Shown here one piece after another: positions 48,696-58,226 of a stretch of DNA of 64,000 nucleotides (positions are counted from its first letter, which is position 1; every line of letters starts with the position of its first letter). Where the stretch lies: positions 719,462 through 783,461 of the forward strand of contig BOKM01000001.1 of NCBI GenBank assembly GCA_016860985.1, written 5' to 3'. The stretch is from Patescibacteria group bacterium. GTDB taxonomy: Bacteria > Patescibacteriota > Dojkabacteria > GCA-002793355. The notes below the pieces were generated by a model. It did no database searches and had not been told where the DNA came from. It saw only the letters and a list, made by a program, of their open reading frames with translations. The translations under genes and the position numbers were made by a program.

Positions 48696-49757
48696 ATGAT
48701 TCAGGCTAATTCTGCAGAAAAGGGGCATCTTTTAATAAAGAAACTCGCTAAGGTAGATTCACTCGGCAGCCAGCAGGTGACTACTGATTTTTCACTCAGG
48801 CCAAAGCATCTGAAGGAATTAATTGGACGGGAGAAAGAAAAGCACATACTTTCTTTACTCATTCGCGCAACAAAGAAAAAGTGGGAAAAAGGGGAGAAAG
48901 CAGCAGCAGATCATGTGTTAGTATACGGACCTCCAGGTTTGGGGAAGACTACAATTGCGCATATCTTGTCAAACGAGCTCGGGGTTACAGTAAAAGTAAC
49001 CTCCGGACCAGCAATTGAACGTCAGGCTGATTTAATCGCTATTTTAACCAACCTTGCTGCTGGGGATGTTCTATTTATTGATGAGATTCATAGGCTTCGT
49101 AAGCCCGTTGAAGAACTATTGTACCCAGCAATGGAGGACTTTCAGGTAGATATTATTGTAGGGCAGGGGACTGCTTCGCAATCGGTACGTTTTACCCTTC
49201 CTCCTTTCACGCTCATTGGCGCAACAACCAGAATTGGGCTCCTTTCCTCTCCTTTGCGTGATCGATTTGGCGTATTGTTGCATTTGGATTTTTATTCTGT
49301 TGATGAATTGTCGGCAATGCTACTACGAATCGCGACACACGAAGGTGTTGGAACCGATGCAGACGCTCTGCACGAAATTGCATCTCGAGCACGGGGTACT
49401 GCCCGAATTGCTGTGCGTTTATACAAAAGGGTTAAAGAATATAATGCAGTACACGGTGCAGTAGAACAGTTAACTGCAAATCAAGCTGCAGAAGCACTTG
49501 ATTTGCTCGGAATCGATTCACTTGGATTAGATAGCTTGGATCGTCTGATACTTTCGACCATGATTACCAAATATAATGGCGGACCTTTGGGACTTAAAAC
49601 ACTCGCTGCAGCGGTTGCTGAAGACGAAGAAACCATCGAAACGGTGTACGAACCCTTTTTGATGAGGCAAGGCTTAATAAAAAGAACCCCGCGCGGACGA
49701 GTGGTCACCTCAAAAGCGTACGAACACCTTGGGATTCCCGTAATTTCTGATATATAA
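48696..49757 (+). CDS. ruvB: Holliday junction ATP-dependent helicase RuvB
   Basis: LRP, GPPGLGKTT, FIDEIHRL, PLRDRFG, RTPRGR. Confidence 0.98.
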   Translation: MIQANSAEKGHLLIKKLAKVDSLGSQQVTTDFSLRPKHLKELIGREKEKHILSLLIRATKKKWEKGEKAAADHVLVYGPPGLGKTTIAHILSNELGVTVKVTSGPAIERQADLIAILTNLAAGDVLFIDEIHRLRKPVEELLYPAMEDFQVDIIVGQGTASQSVRFTLPPFTLIGATTRIGLLSSPLRDRFGVLLHLDFYSVDELSAMLLRIATHEGVGTDADALHEIASRARGTARIAVRLYKRVKEYNAVHGAVEQLTANQAAEALDLLGIDSLGLDSLDRLILSTMITKYNGGPLGLKTLAAAVAEDEETIETVYEPFLMRQGLIKRTPRGRVVTSKAYEHLGIPVISDI

Positions 49758-49763
49758 TAACAA

Positions 49764-50753
49764 ATGGTTAAAGAACAACGCCGAATAACGAAAGGAGCGG
49801 AGCGAGTAGCCACAGTTTCAGACTCACTAGATTTATTACGAAGCAAAGATTCTCCTCTAACGAAGATAAGTGATCAACTTTCACAAATTCGGGCTAATTT
49901 TCAGGTTTTGCTATCTCCTGGGGATAAGCAATTTAAAGATTTGCCCAAGCGCGTAAGGCTTATGATTGTGTCGTTTCTCGTCCCTGCGTTGTTTGCAGCA
50001 AGTAAATTACTGCTCTTTACCTCTACAACGTCACCCCTTATCTGGAGCTTAATCGCCTTGGCGCTTGCAATTTTAACGTATGGAGGGATGTATTGGGGGG
50101 TAAAAGGTCAAATTCGTCGTGATTCTCTAACGTCTGTTTTGCCTTTGCCATCGCTTTTTGTCTTTGCAAATGTTCTCTTTTTAAGCACTGTTTTTGTGGG
50201 CGAAGTTAATAGGCTCTATTTATGGGGGCTTTTCTCTCTTGCGCTGATTACCTTTATGATTTTATTATATGTGCTTTCACTCGCTGTAAATATATTAAAT
50301 GTTACATTGTTTTACACCATACCACTCAGCAGACTAGGCGAGTCAGTTGCCTACTTATCTAGCCTTATTACGCTGTTTTTGTTCACCTATGCTGCAGGCG
50401 CAACCGCAGTTTCTCTGTTTGCAACCTCGTTTTGGCTCTGGTTATTACTTCTTGGTGTTATTGCGTTTTTATTCATCTTTATACTCACATATTCGTTGTG
50501 GCGTTATTTCATCGCAAGCGCCCAAGCGGTCGGACCTTTTTCGCTAGGGATTTCTGTGCTTTTGTTCGTTGTTTGGGGCTTTTTCGTCTTCGGATTGCCC
50601 CATATTTGGCTTAGTGCTGTTATGACTGGGCTTTCTGCCTACATTGTGTACGGATTTGTTATTCACAAAGAACAAAACACATTAAAAAGCGTGGTTAATA
50701 TCGAATATATGGTACTTTTGCTGCTTGCGTTTTTCGTCATCCTAGGTGCATAG
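49764..50753 (+). CDS. Multi-pass hypothetical membrane protein
   Basis: About 9 TM; NILNV...IPL.R motif. Confidence 0.75.
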   Translation: MVKEQRRITKGAERVATVSDSLDLLRSKDSPLTKISDQLSQIRANFQVLLSPGDKQFKDLPKRVRLMIVSFLVPALFAASKLLLFTSTTSPLIWSLIALALAILTYGGMYWGVKGQIRRDSLTSVLPLPSLFVFANVLFLSTVFVGEVNRLYLWGLFSLALITFMILLYVLSLAVNILNVTLFYTIPLSRLGESVAYLSSLITLFLFTYAAGATAVSLFATSFWLWLLLLGVIAFLFIFILTYSLWRYFIASAQAVGPFSLGISVLLFVVWGFFVFGLPHIWLSAVMTGLSAYIVYGFVIHKEQNTLKSVVNIEYMVLLLLAFFVILGA

Positions 50754-51092
50754 GGTAGAGGGGTGTGGATAAGTATAGACCTATAGTGTACATATCCCAT
50801 AGTAATCAGTCTGGCTATTTGTATCTTTTATACAAATATATGGAGGAGTGGCTATTCCTTCGATGTTCTTTCAGAAATATAAGGAAATTCCAAAAGAAAA
50901 GAGTGATAATTTTTCATATTCTACTCTAAATGTTGTGCCTTACTTCATATCGGTGCATGCAGTGCTAAAGTGCCAAAATTGTAAGCGCTTTTAGATTGAG
51001 TATAATCTCCCTTATACGCAGTCGAAACCTGTCAAGGTGGGAGTAGTGCCCTATTTACGGTTGTTACAAACAAAAAACTTATTTCAAAATAT

Positions 51093-51121
51093 TTTCGCAG
51101 TAATTCTCTATTATGTTTATT
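51093..51121 (+). other. dif-like Xer recombination site candidate
   Basis: TTTCGCAGTAA-TTCTCTA-TTATGTTTATT; right arm matches E. coli XerD arm TTATGTTAAAT at 9/11; 130 bp upstream of the xer gene. Confidence 0.45.
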
Positions 51122-51251
51122 AAATTTGTAATTTTTTCTGAATTTCGACGGAAAGTCGCCTTTTCTTCGGTTCTCCCTCTCGCGGCCGGCTGTTTATCTT
51201 TTGACTCCCCTGCCTCACACTTTGGCTGAATCTGCGCTATACTGTGAAGGA

Positions 51252-52382
51252 ATGAGAAAAATATCCATACAACAGCTGATGGAAGGCGATAAAACGCCCA
51301 AACTTGAGCGACAAAACGAGTACCTGTTATCTCTTTATAACGACGATTACAGCGACGAAACCGTTTATAATTACAATAGGGATCTATCTTTCTTTGCAGA
51401 ATATCTTTTACTTTCTAATACATCTTTTGAAAATATCTCAAAGTTAACGATTACGTATTACAAAGGATGGCTTAAGGAGAGAAATCATATTCACCAGAAG
51501 GTTCACGAACAAGAAATGGCAAAACAAGATGGTGATGGTAAGAAAAAGCCCCAGAATACCGTTGAAACGCGTAAAAACGCCTCAAAATCAAACGATGTAG
51601 CTTCAGTTGATCAAAAGGACGTTAAAAAACTGCAAAAAGGAGGCTTTGTGAAGAATAACAACCCAGAACAGCTTGATGCACTTTCTATTAATAGAATTCT
51701 AGTTGCTCTTAGAAATTATCTTCGATTTTTAGTCGAGTATGATTATCCAGCTCCAATTGCACCCGACGCAGTCACCTTGGTTCGACTTGCAAAAAAGAAA
51801 CCTCAGGTTCCAAGCCTAGATGAAGTAGTCGCTTTGGTAGAAGCTCCAACACATTACGAGGCTGTTTCTATCATTGCCCTGAGAAACAGAGCAGCGCTTG
51901 AACTTTTACTTGCTACGGGTATGCGTATATCAGAAGTAGTGAGTATAAACAGAGATCAAATAAACGGCGAGGGAAAACTTTTGGTTAGGGGTAAAGGGCG
52001 CAAAGATAGGTTTGTGTATCTAACGCCACGAGCAGTGGGGCACGTTCAGGAATACCTGAAAAATAGAGTAGACTCCTACCCTGCTCTTTTTTTACCAACG
52101 AGTGGAAGGCGCTTAAAGGGCAATGATCCCCGAATTTCAACCAATTATCTGCAAATGAAAATCGCCTATTATCGACGGATGCTTGAGATCGTTGTTCCAA
52201 TTAGCGCGCATACAATTCGTCATGCATACGCAACGTATTTGGTCGAAAATGGCGCCAATCCTGCAGCAATTCAGATCTTGCTTGGGCACGAAAGCCTTCA
52301 AACAACGACAAAGTATGTACATGCAAGCGATAAATATGCAGAGGAAACACACAAAGAGTTTCATCCAGCAATGGATGAGTAG
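51252..52382 (+). CDS. XerC/D-like tyrosine recombinase
   Basis: TGMRISE, GKGRKDR, HTIRH, LLGH..L.TT..Y; start ATG 51252. Confidence 0.95.
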   Translation: MRKISIQQLMEGDKTPKLERQNEYLLSLYNDDYSDETVYNYNRDLSFFAEYLLLSNTSFENISKLTITYYKGWLKERNHIHQKVHEQEMAKQDGDGKKKPQNTVETRKNASKSNDVASVDQKDVKKLQKGGFVKNNNPEQLDALSINRILVALRNYLRFLVEYDYPAPIAPDAVTLVRLAKKKPQVPSLDEVVALVEAPTHYEAVSIIALRNRAALELLLATGMRISEVVSINRDQINGEGKLLVRGKGRKDRFVYLTPRAVGHVQEYLKNRVDSYPALFLPTSGRRLKGNDPRISTNYLQMKIAYYRRMLEIVVPISAHTIRHAYATYLVENGANPAAIQILLGHESLQTTTKYVHASDKYAEETHKEFHPAMDE

Positions 52383-52430
52383 ACTCTATATGATGTTACT
52401 GTAATATCGCCGGCCAGCAAACTGTTGTTG

Positions 52431-53435
52431 TTAGTTGCGACTTACGGGCGTAGGAACGTATTCTCCTAAATACCCAAGGGTTATCTTTATCTTTTCTGCG
52501 TTCTTAATTCTTTCGACATAACCGAATGTCGTATTGCTTTCGTATTCGTTTCTGTGAGGTGTAATGTAGGGGGTAATACCTTTTTCAAGGTAAAGCTCAG
52601 TTAAACTATACTTTGGTTCCTCCGATGGAACTGTCCGATCTGGAATGGGAGTAAACGTTCCTTTAAAGTTCAATTGTTCGGGCACAAAAACAATGAGTTC
52701 TTGAAACCCTGTTGACCACAATGAAGTATCGACATCTTCTGGTGCGTCGTATTCAGCTGGGAAACTTGGTTCTTCCTGTTCGGAATATATCTCAACAACC
52801 ATTTTGCCATATGGATTGCTTGTTTTCTCAGTAGTCGTTTTGAGTTTGTAATTTGGACTGCCTGTAAATTGAATAAATACTTCTTCGTCTTTTAAATCTC
52901 GCCCGTGGTACACATAGACCGTTCTCATGTTTTTGGCTGGAAAAATAACTTCGAGTTCTTGGGCTTTATTGCCTTTTGTAACTGTCCATTTGGAGCGGAG
53001 TTCTTCTTGTGCTACGTTTGAATATCTACCTTCTGGTGTGGTTACGGTAAGATAGAGGTTTCGTGCAGCAACTGAAATTCCACTAAGTAAAGCAATAACT
53101 ACTGCACCTTGGAGAAGTTTTACCCCGAGTTGACGGTAACCAACGGTAGCTCCAAGAAGTGGGAGTTCGATTAGCTTTGGCACATTAAAATCTTTGACCA
53201 GATCTTGTACCTTTCCTAACGTTTCGAGAATAGTTTTTGCCTCTGCAAAATTGATTGTACTTGAGGCCGATTTTTCAGTTTTCTCCGTGATATGTGCGAG
53301 AATTTCTTCTCGTAAACCAGTGTAAGTCGCCTCTGGAAGATACACTTTGAAAAGGTCAAAATCTTCTAGGTATTTAGAGAATAGACGCGCAGCATCTTTC
53401 TCGATTTTGGGGCTTTGGAAAATGTTTTTTTCCAT
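52431..53435 (-). CDS. Membrane protein with N-terminal HAAS/DUF1700-like domain
   Basis: YL...EEILAHI.E...ILETLG..., one TM; downstream of padR. Confidence 0.6.
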   Translation of the reverse strand: MEKNIFQSPKIEKDAARLFSKYLEDFDLFKVYLPEATYTGLREEILAHITEKTEKSASSTINFAEAKTILETLGKVQDLVKDFNVPKLIELPLLGATVGYRQLGVKLLQGAVVIALLSGISVAARNLYLTVTTPEGRYSNVAQEELRSKWTVTKGNKAQELEVIFPAKNMRTVYVYHGRDLKDEEVFIQFTGSPNYKLKTTTEKTSNPYGKMVVEIYSEQEEPSFPAEYDAPEDVDTSLWSTGFQELIVFVPEQLNFKGTFTPIPDRTVPSEEPKYSLTELYLEKGITPYITPHRNEYESNTTFGYVERIKNAEKIKITLGYLGEYVPTPVSRN

Positions 53436-53437
53436 TT

Positions 53438-53767
53438 TTATGTATATTTATGTGAGATTATTGTATTTACAATGGCAACGTATTCTTTCCATTGTTTTAT
53501 GCTTTCTGTAAGCATTTGTGTTCCCTTTTCTGTAATTTCATAGTATTTTCGTGGCCTTCCCTGTTCTGATTCTTCCCACGTTGCAACCAAGTAGCCATCA
53601 GTTCGCAGCCGGATTAGGATTGGATATAACGTACCCTCTGTGATAATCATTCCGAGTACTTTGAGTTGCTCGACAAGATCATAACCATATTTACGCTCCT
53701 TTTGAACAAGGGCCAAGATGCAGAGCTCTAGTGTCCCCTTTTTTAATTGTGTATCTAATTCGGCCAT
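53438..53767 (-). CDS. PadR-family transcriptional regulator
   Basis: QLKKGTLELCIL, YGY, EGTLYPIL.RL, RKYYEITEKG. Confidence 0.95.
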   Translation of the reverse strand: MAELDTQLKKGTLELCILALVQKERKYGYDLVEQLKVLGMIITEGTLYPILIRLRTDGYLVATWEESEQGRPRKYYEITEKGTQMLTESIKQWKEYVAIVNTIISHKYT

Positions 53768-53793
53768 ACCTTATATTTTGTATTACAAGGTAT
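53766..53793 (-). promoter_or_regulatory. Probable PadR autoregulatory operator
   Basis: Nested inverted repeats ATACCTT...AAGGTAT and ATATTTTGTA-T-TACAAGGTAT between the -10 (TACAAT) and the ATG. Confidence 0.6.
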
Positions 53794-53953
53794 ATTGTAC
53801 TGCACTATCCTCTCGATGTCAAATCAATTGACGATAATGCACAAAATAGTAAGGTTATTTATCTGTTTATAAAGATTCATGATTCAAGAGAGTACCGAGA
53901 AACAAACTGAATACTCTACTCTCTCGAACTGCGTGCCGATAACGATGCTCCAA

Positions 53954-55003
53954 TTAGAAAAGGTCATTGAAGAGGTAGTCCCCTTTTTGGCAGATTTGTG
54001 TTTTAAACAATGGAATGCTGACCATTTCGGGCTCACTCTCTCGTATTGAGGTAACTACCGATTCCCAAGTCGATTCTGCATTAAAAACTACAGGAATTTG
54101 ATATTTTGATTGAAGTTCTGCAAGTTGTTCGTCCGTTTGTGCGACCATAATTCTAACTGAATCCGAACCTTTCATTATTTCTGAATTGTAGTTCGTCGCT
54201 GTCATTATGACCTGAATGGGAGTTAACCATAAGGGCAGTCTACCGTTTGCCTCAATAATGCTAGCAATAATTCGTTCTGCCCCACCGAGGGTAAAGTCTA
54301 CAAGTATGCTCGCTTTGTTGCCAATCTCAACGTTAAATAATTCTAGCGCAGAAAGTTCAATTATTTTTCCGTTCGGAAGGGAAATGTTGAAGTCGAGTGC
54401 AAGCACAGCCTCCTCTTCAGAAGACAAGTTAATTTCGAATTTCTCTCCCCAGGCTTTTTCTAACTCTTCCCACGAAATAAGGGAATTGTCTTTTACATGA
54501 CATTTAACTGAGAACTTAACATTCCAATCGTTTTCGAAGCTACGGATACACTTCATCAACCCAATTACGTCGCTAAGCGCCTGATCTTTGTTTATTGTGA
54601 AAGAGTGAACATCAGTAACCTGAAATGCCGTCTGGCGTGTAAACGGTGTAAGTCTTGATTTTTCTTCTCCTCTAAACAGTATTCCTTGTTCTACAAATGT
54701 AAGTGGGAATTGTTCATTCGGTATGTCTTTGTCTTTGAGCGTCTTAAAGTAATAATGGTGAAATGTGTGTCTCATTGAACCCTCTGGGGATATTGAAATT
54801 GCTTCTTTCGAATGAGTAAGGTTGTCTTGGATTAAGGGGCTGTCTACGTAAATGGGATTATTAAAGTATTTGAATACTGCGCCAATACAGTATCTCTTTA
54901 TCAAATCAACGGTTGTTTTACCAAAAGGAGTAAATTTTAATGAAAGAAAATCGTCGACCGCATAGGGCTCTGCAAGAGTATTAAGAATATTTAGACTATT
55001 CAT
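53954..55003 (-). CDS. Stand-alone, divergent ThrRS catalytic-domain paralog
   Basis: Colinear with thrS in this window: FTPFG, LFRGE..RLTPFTRQTAF..DVH, GGAER, LPLWLTPIQV; no editing domain. Confidence 0.8.
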   Translation of the reverse strand: MNSLNILNTLAEPYAVDDFLSLKFTPFGKTTVDLIKRYCIGAVFKYFNNPIYVDSPLIQDNLTHSKEAISISPEGSMRHTFHHYYFKTLKDKDIPNEQFPLTFVEQGILFRGEEKSRLTPFTRQTAFQVTDVHSFTINKDQALSDVIGLMKCIRSFENDWNVKFSVKCHVKDNSLISWEELEKAWGEKFEINLSSEEEAVLALDFNISLPNGKIIELSALELFNVEIGNKASILVDFTLGGAERIIASIIEANGRLPLWLTPIQVIMTATNYNSEIMKGSDSVRIMVAQTDEQLAELQSKYQIPVVFNAESTWESVVTSIRESEPEMVSIPLFKTQICQKGDYLFNDLF

Positions 55004-56181
55004 TGTTTTATAATTTCTTTAATTAAATTTACACAAGACTCAATTTGTTCCTTGGTATTGTAATAATGTGGAGAAATTCTTAGGATGCTTTCATCACCTA
55101 TCTCCCGCGCAGCTAAAACAATCCTGTAATTATGTAATTTTGCAACGATCTCTGAAGGTTTTTTCCCTTCGATTTTGAAAGAGACGATTGATGTTCTCTT
55201 CGCAAGATCATTGACTCCTAATATTGATACTCCCGGTATATCGTTAAGTAGTTGAATTGTTAACGCAATTAATTCTTTGTTCTTCTTTGCAACTTCGCTA
55301 ATACCAACTCGATTCAACAATTCAATCGCCTTGAGTAGGCCCACAACTCCCGTATAATTTCTAAAACCGTTTTCAAATTTATATGGTCCAGGCTTTACAG
55401 TATAATCATCATTTGAAAAATTTAGCTTAACTTGAACCCCATCTGATATTGCCTCTAAAATTCTAACATCCATACCGTAGTAATTAATTAGTTTTTGTGT
55501 TTCTTTGCTAATATACAGAATCCCAATGCCTGGAGGAGCACAGAGCCATTTGTATCCAGAAAAAACCATATAATCGCAGCCAAGAGCTTTCACGTTAACA
55601 GGCAAGCAACCAACTGTTTGTGCAGCGTCGACGAGCACGGTGTAGCTATATTTTTTTGCAAGAAGTGCTATGGATTCTACGTCGAGGACTGTTCCAAGGT
55701 TGTAAAGTGCGTGCGCAATCGCAACTATACCCCCTGGTTTTTCTTTCATGAGCAGCTCAATCTTTTGAAGGTCTGGGTTGCCAAATTCGTCAGAGCCGGT
55801 GATTTGTAAATCAAGATTTTTCTCTTTTGCAATTTTTAGCCAAGGCAAGAAGTTAGCCACATGTTCCTTTGATGATTCTCTCAGGATAATTCTGTCATTT
55901 TCTTTCCAAGAATAACCTTCAGCGATGATATTGATTCCATGTGTAATACTTTGGGTAAAAATGACTTCCTCAGGGGAACACCCAATTAGTCCTGCAACTG
56001 CATTACGCGTTTCTTCAAAATACGCTTCCTTTTTTACAAAAGGTGAGTCGGGACCATTATGTGAGTATTCTTGCAAGTAAGCATGAGTATCATTTAATAT
56101 GCTTTCAGGAACCGGCCCGAATGCTGCGTTATTTAAATAGTTCGTCGTATTATTTATCGCAAAATCATCTGCTTCTATCAT
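55000..56181 (-). CDS. PLP-dependent class V aminotransferase / C-S lyase-like enzyme
   Basis: YLNNAA, EH.AN, DAAQTVG, SGYKWL, RISPHYYN; SufS RxGHHC catalytic Cys absent. Confidence 0.92.
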   Translation of the reverse strand: MIEADDFAINNTTNYLNNAAFGPVPESILNDTHAYLQEYSHNGPDSPFVKKEAYFEETRNAVAGLIGCSPEEVIFTQSITHGINIIAEGYSWKENDRIILRESSKEHVANFLPWLKIAKEKNLDLQITGSDEFGNPDLQKIELLMKEKPGGIVAIAHALYNLGTVLDVESIALLAKKYSYTVLVDAAQTVGCLPVNVKALGCDYMVFSGYKWLCAPPGIGILYISKETQKLINYYGMDVRILEAISDGVQVKLNFSNDDYTVKPGPYKFENGFRNYTGVVGLLKAIELLNRVGISEVAKKNKELIALTIQLLNDIPGVSILGVNDLAKRTSIVSFKIEGKKPSEIVAKLHNYRIVLAAREIGDESILRISPHYYNTKEQIESCVNLIKEIIKQ

Positions 56182-56251
56182 TAACTAGTAAAAAAAGTTA
56201 GTATATTGCCTCGATTTCCGGTATTCTCTTCTCTTTTCATTTTGCTGTCAA

Positions 56252-56278
56252 GCCTAAGTAGTACGTTACTGCTTAGGC
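56252..56278. promoter_or_regulatory. Inverted repeat between divergent promoters
   Basis: GCCTAAGTAGTA-CGT-TACTGCTTAGGC (11/12), overlapping the TAGGCA -35 of the kinase gene. Confidence 0.6.
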
Positions 56279-56328
56279 AATGCCGAATTAGAATGTTATA
56301 ATACGCGCATAATTCTACTCATACGTAC

Positions 56329-57246
56329 ATGACTACATTGGAGCCAGAAACAATTGAAAAAAATGAACTCGCAATAAAAAGGATTCAAGAAATTGTTGGT
56401 GCTGATTATGCTGTTAAGCCCCTGGATGGCGGCTTTTCTGGAGCCGGTAAGTTTACAGCAGAGAGCCCTAGTGGTTCGGAAAAGTTGTTCGTCAAATATA
56501 GTGAAGTAGATAACAGCCTGGCTCCACCGAGAAAATATGTTGATTGGCTAAATCAAGAAATTGATGTTATGGCGTCGATGGGTGAACAACCTTTCGTACC
56601 AAGTGTAATAAAGGCTTACAAGGGTGACGAATATAGCGTACTCGCAATTAATCAACTGGAGTGGCCCAATAAACAAATAACATGGACGATGGAAAATGTT
56701 CAAAAGGTTTTGAAGGTAGTTCGGCAACTAAAAGATGTCCGCACCTCAGACAAACCAGCAATACCTCCTCCAGATGCTGGTGAGCAAAATCCCTGGAAAG
56801 ATGTATTTGAACAAATTAAGTCATCGGATCCTTCCCCATATGCTTCAAGAGCTTGGTTAGAGCAAATTAGAACTCGAGTTTTGGCTCTTGACCCAACCGA
56901 GCTTCTTACTCCAAAAGATTTTGTTCACGGTGATTTAAGGAGCGATAATATTCGTCTTGGAGACGGGTTGCCTACCGTACTTGTTGACTGGACTTTTGCT
57001 GGAATGGGGAACCATGATTTAGATATCGCGTATTGGTTGCCCAGTGTGAAAATGGAGGGTGGACCAGAACCGTGGGAAATCATGCCAAATAGACCTGACC
57101 TTGCCATGATGGTTGTAGGTTACTTCTTTGCACGAGCGATGTTACCGGAAATACCTGATGCTCCAATGGTACGAACGATTCAAAGAAAACAACTAATAGC
57201 GGCACTCCCTTGGCTCGCTCACGAGTTGAATGTTCCGCTGCAATAA
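56329..57246 (+). CDS. APH/choline kinase-like phosphotransferase
   Basis: LDGGFSG, LFVK, HGDLRSDN, LVDW. Confidence 0.92.
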   Translation: MTTLEPETIEKNELAIKRIQEIVGADYAVKPLDGGFSGAGKFTAESPSGSEKLFVKYSEVDNSLAPPRKYVDWLNQEIDVMASMGEQPFVPSVIKAYKGDEYSVLAINQLEWPNKQITWTMENVQKVLKVVRQLKDVRTSDKPAIPPPDAGEQNPWKDVFEQIKSSDPSPYASRAWLEQIRTRVLALDPTELLTPKDFVHGDLRSDNIRLGDGLPTVLVDWTFAGMGNHDLDIAYWLPSVKMEGGPEPWEIMPNRPDLAMMVVGYFFARAMLPEIPDAPMVRTIQRKQLIAALPWLAHELNVPLQ

Positions 57247-57248
57247 CC

Positions 57249-58226
57249 CTAGTGTGTAAGAATTGTTATTTTCGCAGAATTTTCAATCGCTTTTACTTCG
57301 CACGTGCCTCCGATTGGAATTGTTGCATTCGGGGTTGTATGCCCAAAATCAACATTTGCTACAATCGGAATGTTACTCAGCTCTGGGTGAGATAGGAAAA
57401 TCTGCTCAAGCAATTTAGGTGTTATTCCTGAAATATTATGGAATCGACCAATTACAATTGCCTTGATTTCTGATGAGTAGGATCTATTCATAAACGATTC
57501 AAAAAGTCCTGCGAATGACTGCGCATGTATATCACTAGTCGCTTCGAGAAAAAGAATCGCATTGTGTAATGGTCTTTCGTACTCAGTTCCGGCGTTTAAT
57601 ACATAAGTAGAAGTATTTCCACCATATATCGTTCCGGTTGCTTTCCCCTCACGAATAACCCAATACCCCTCATTTCTGATATAAGAACGATTCTCCTGGT
57701 CTTTGAACCAAGTGTCGTCACTCCATTCTTCCGAGGGGAGTAACTCATATGGAAGTTTCTCGCTGCAACATTTAATAAAATATTCTAGAGAGTAATTAAA
57801 CCCATATTTCATTCCCCAGCTTGTGAAGTGTGGTCCTAAATAGGTAATTAGTCCGGTCTTTGCGTAGATACCGTTAAGGATTGAAGTAATATCAGAATAG
57901 CCACAAATGACCTTTGGATTTGCCGCAATCAAATCGTAATCTAAATATTTTAATAGTTGATTTGAAGTATAGCCTCCCAAAACGGTAAGTATGCCATCAA
58001 CGGTTGAGTCCGAAAAAGCAGCATGTATGTCATCTACGCGAGATTTTATTGAGGAGGAGTCAAAAGAATCCCTTTCATATACATGCTCCCCAAAAGATAT
58101 TGTAAAGCCAGTATCTTCGAGTCGTTGCTGTGCCAATGGAATGATATCTTGCTTGATAAATGCGAGCGAGCGTGCAGGGGCAATGATTCTCAAGTGGGCA
58201 AGCGGATTCAATCGCTTAGCAATCAA
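57249..58226 (-). CDS. S66 peptidase, MccF-like
   Basis: IIAPARS, GYSD (Ser), LFLE (Glu), DFGHT (His), WSDD.W loop; likely TTG start at 58226. Confidence 0.93.
   Translation of the reverse strand: MIAKRLNPLAHLRIIAPARSLAFIKQDIIPLAQQRLEDTGFTISFGEHVYERDSFDSSSIKSRVDDIHAAFSDSTVDGILTVLGGYTSNQLLKYLDYDLIAANPKVICGYSDITSILNGIYAKTGLITYLGPHFTSWGMKYGFNYSLEYFIKCCSEKLPYELLPSEEWSDDTWFKDQENRSYIRNEGYWVIREGKATGTIYGGNTSTYVLNAGTEYERPLHNAILFLEATSDIHAQSFAGLFESFMNRSYSSEIKAIVIGRFHNISGITPKLLEQIFLSHPELSNIPIVANVDFGHTTPNATIPIGGTCEVKAIENSAKITILTH

Noticed and set aside
50764-50772. Replication origin suggested by a perfect DnaA box
   Set aside because: Only one box, no dnaA/dnaN nearby, and genes converge rather than diverge around this region
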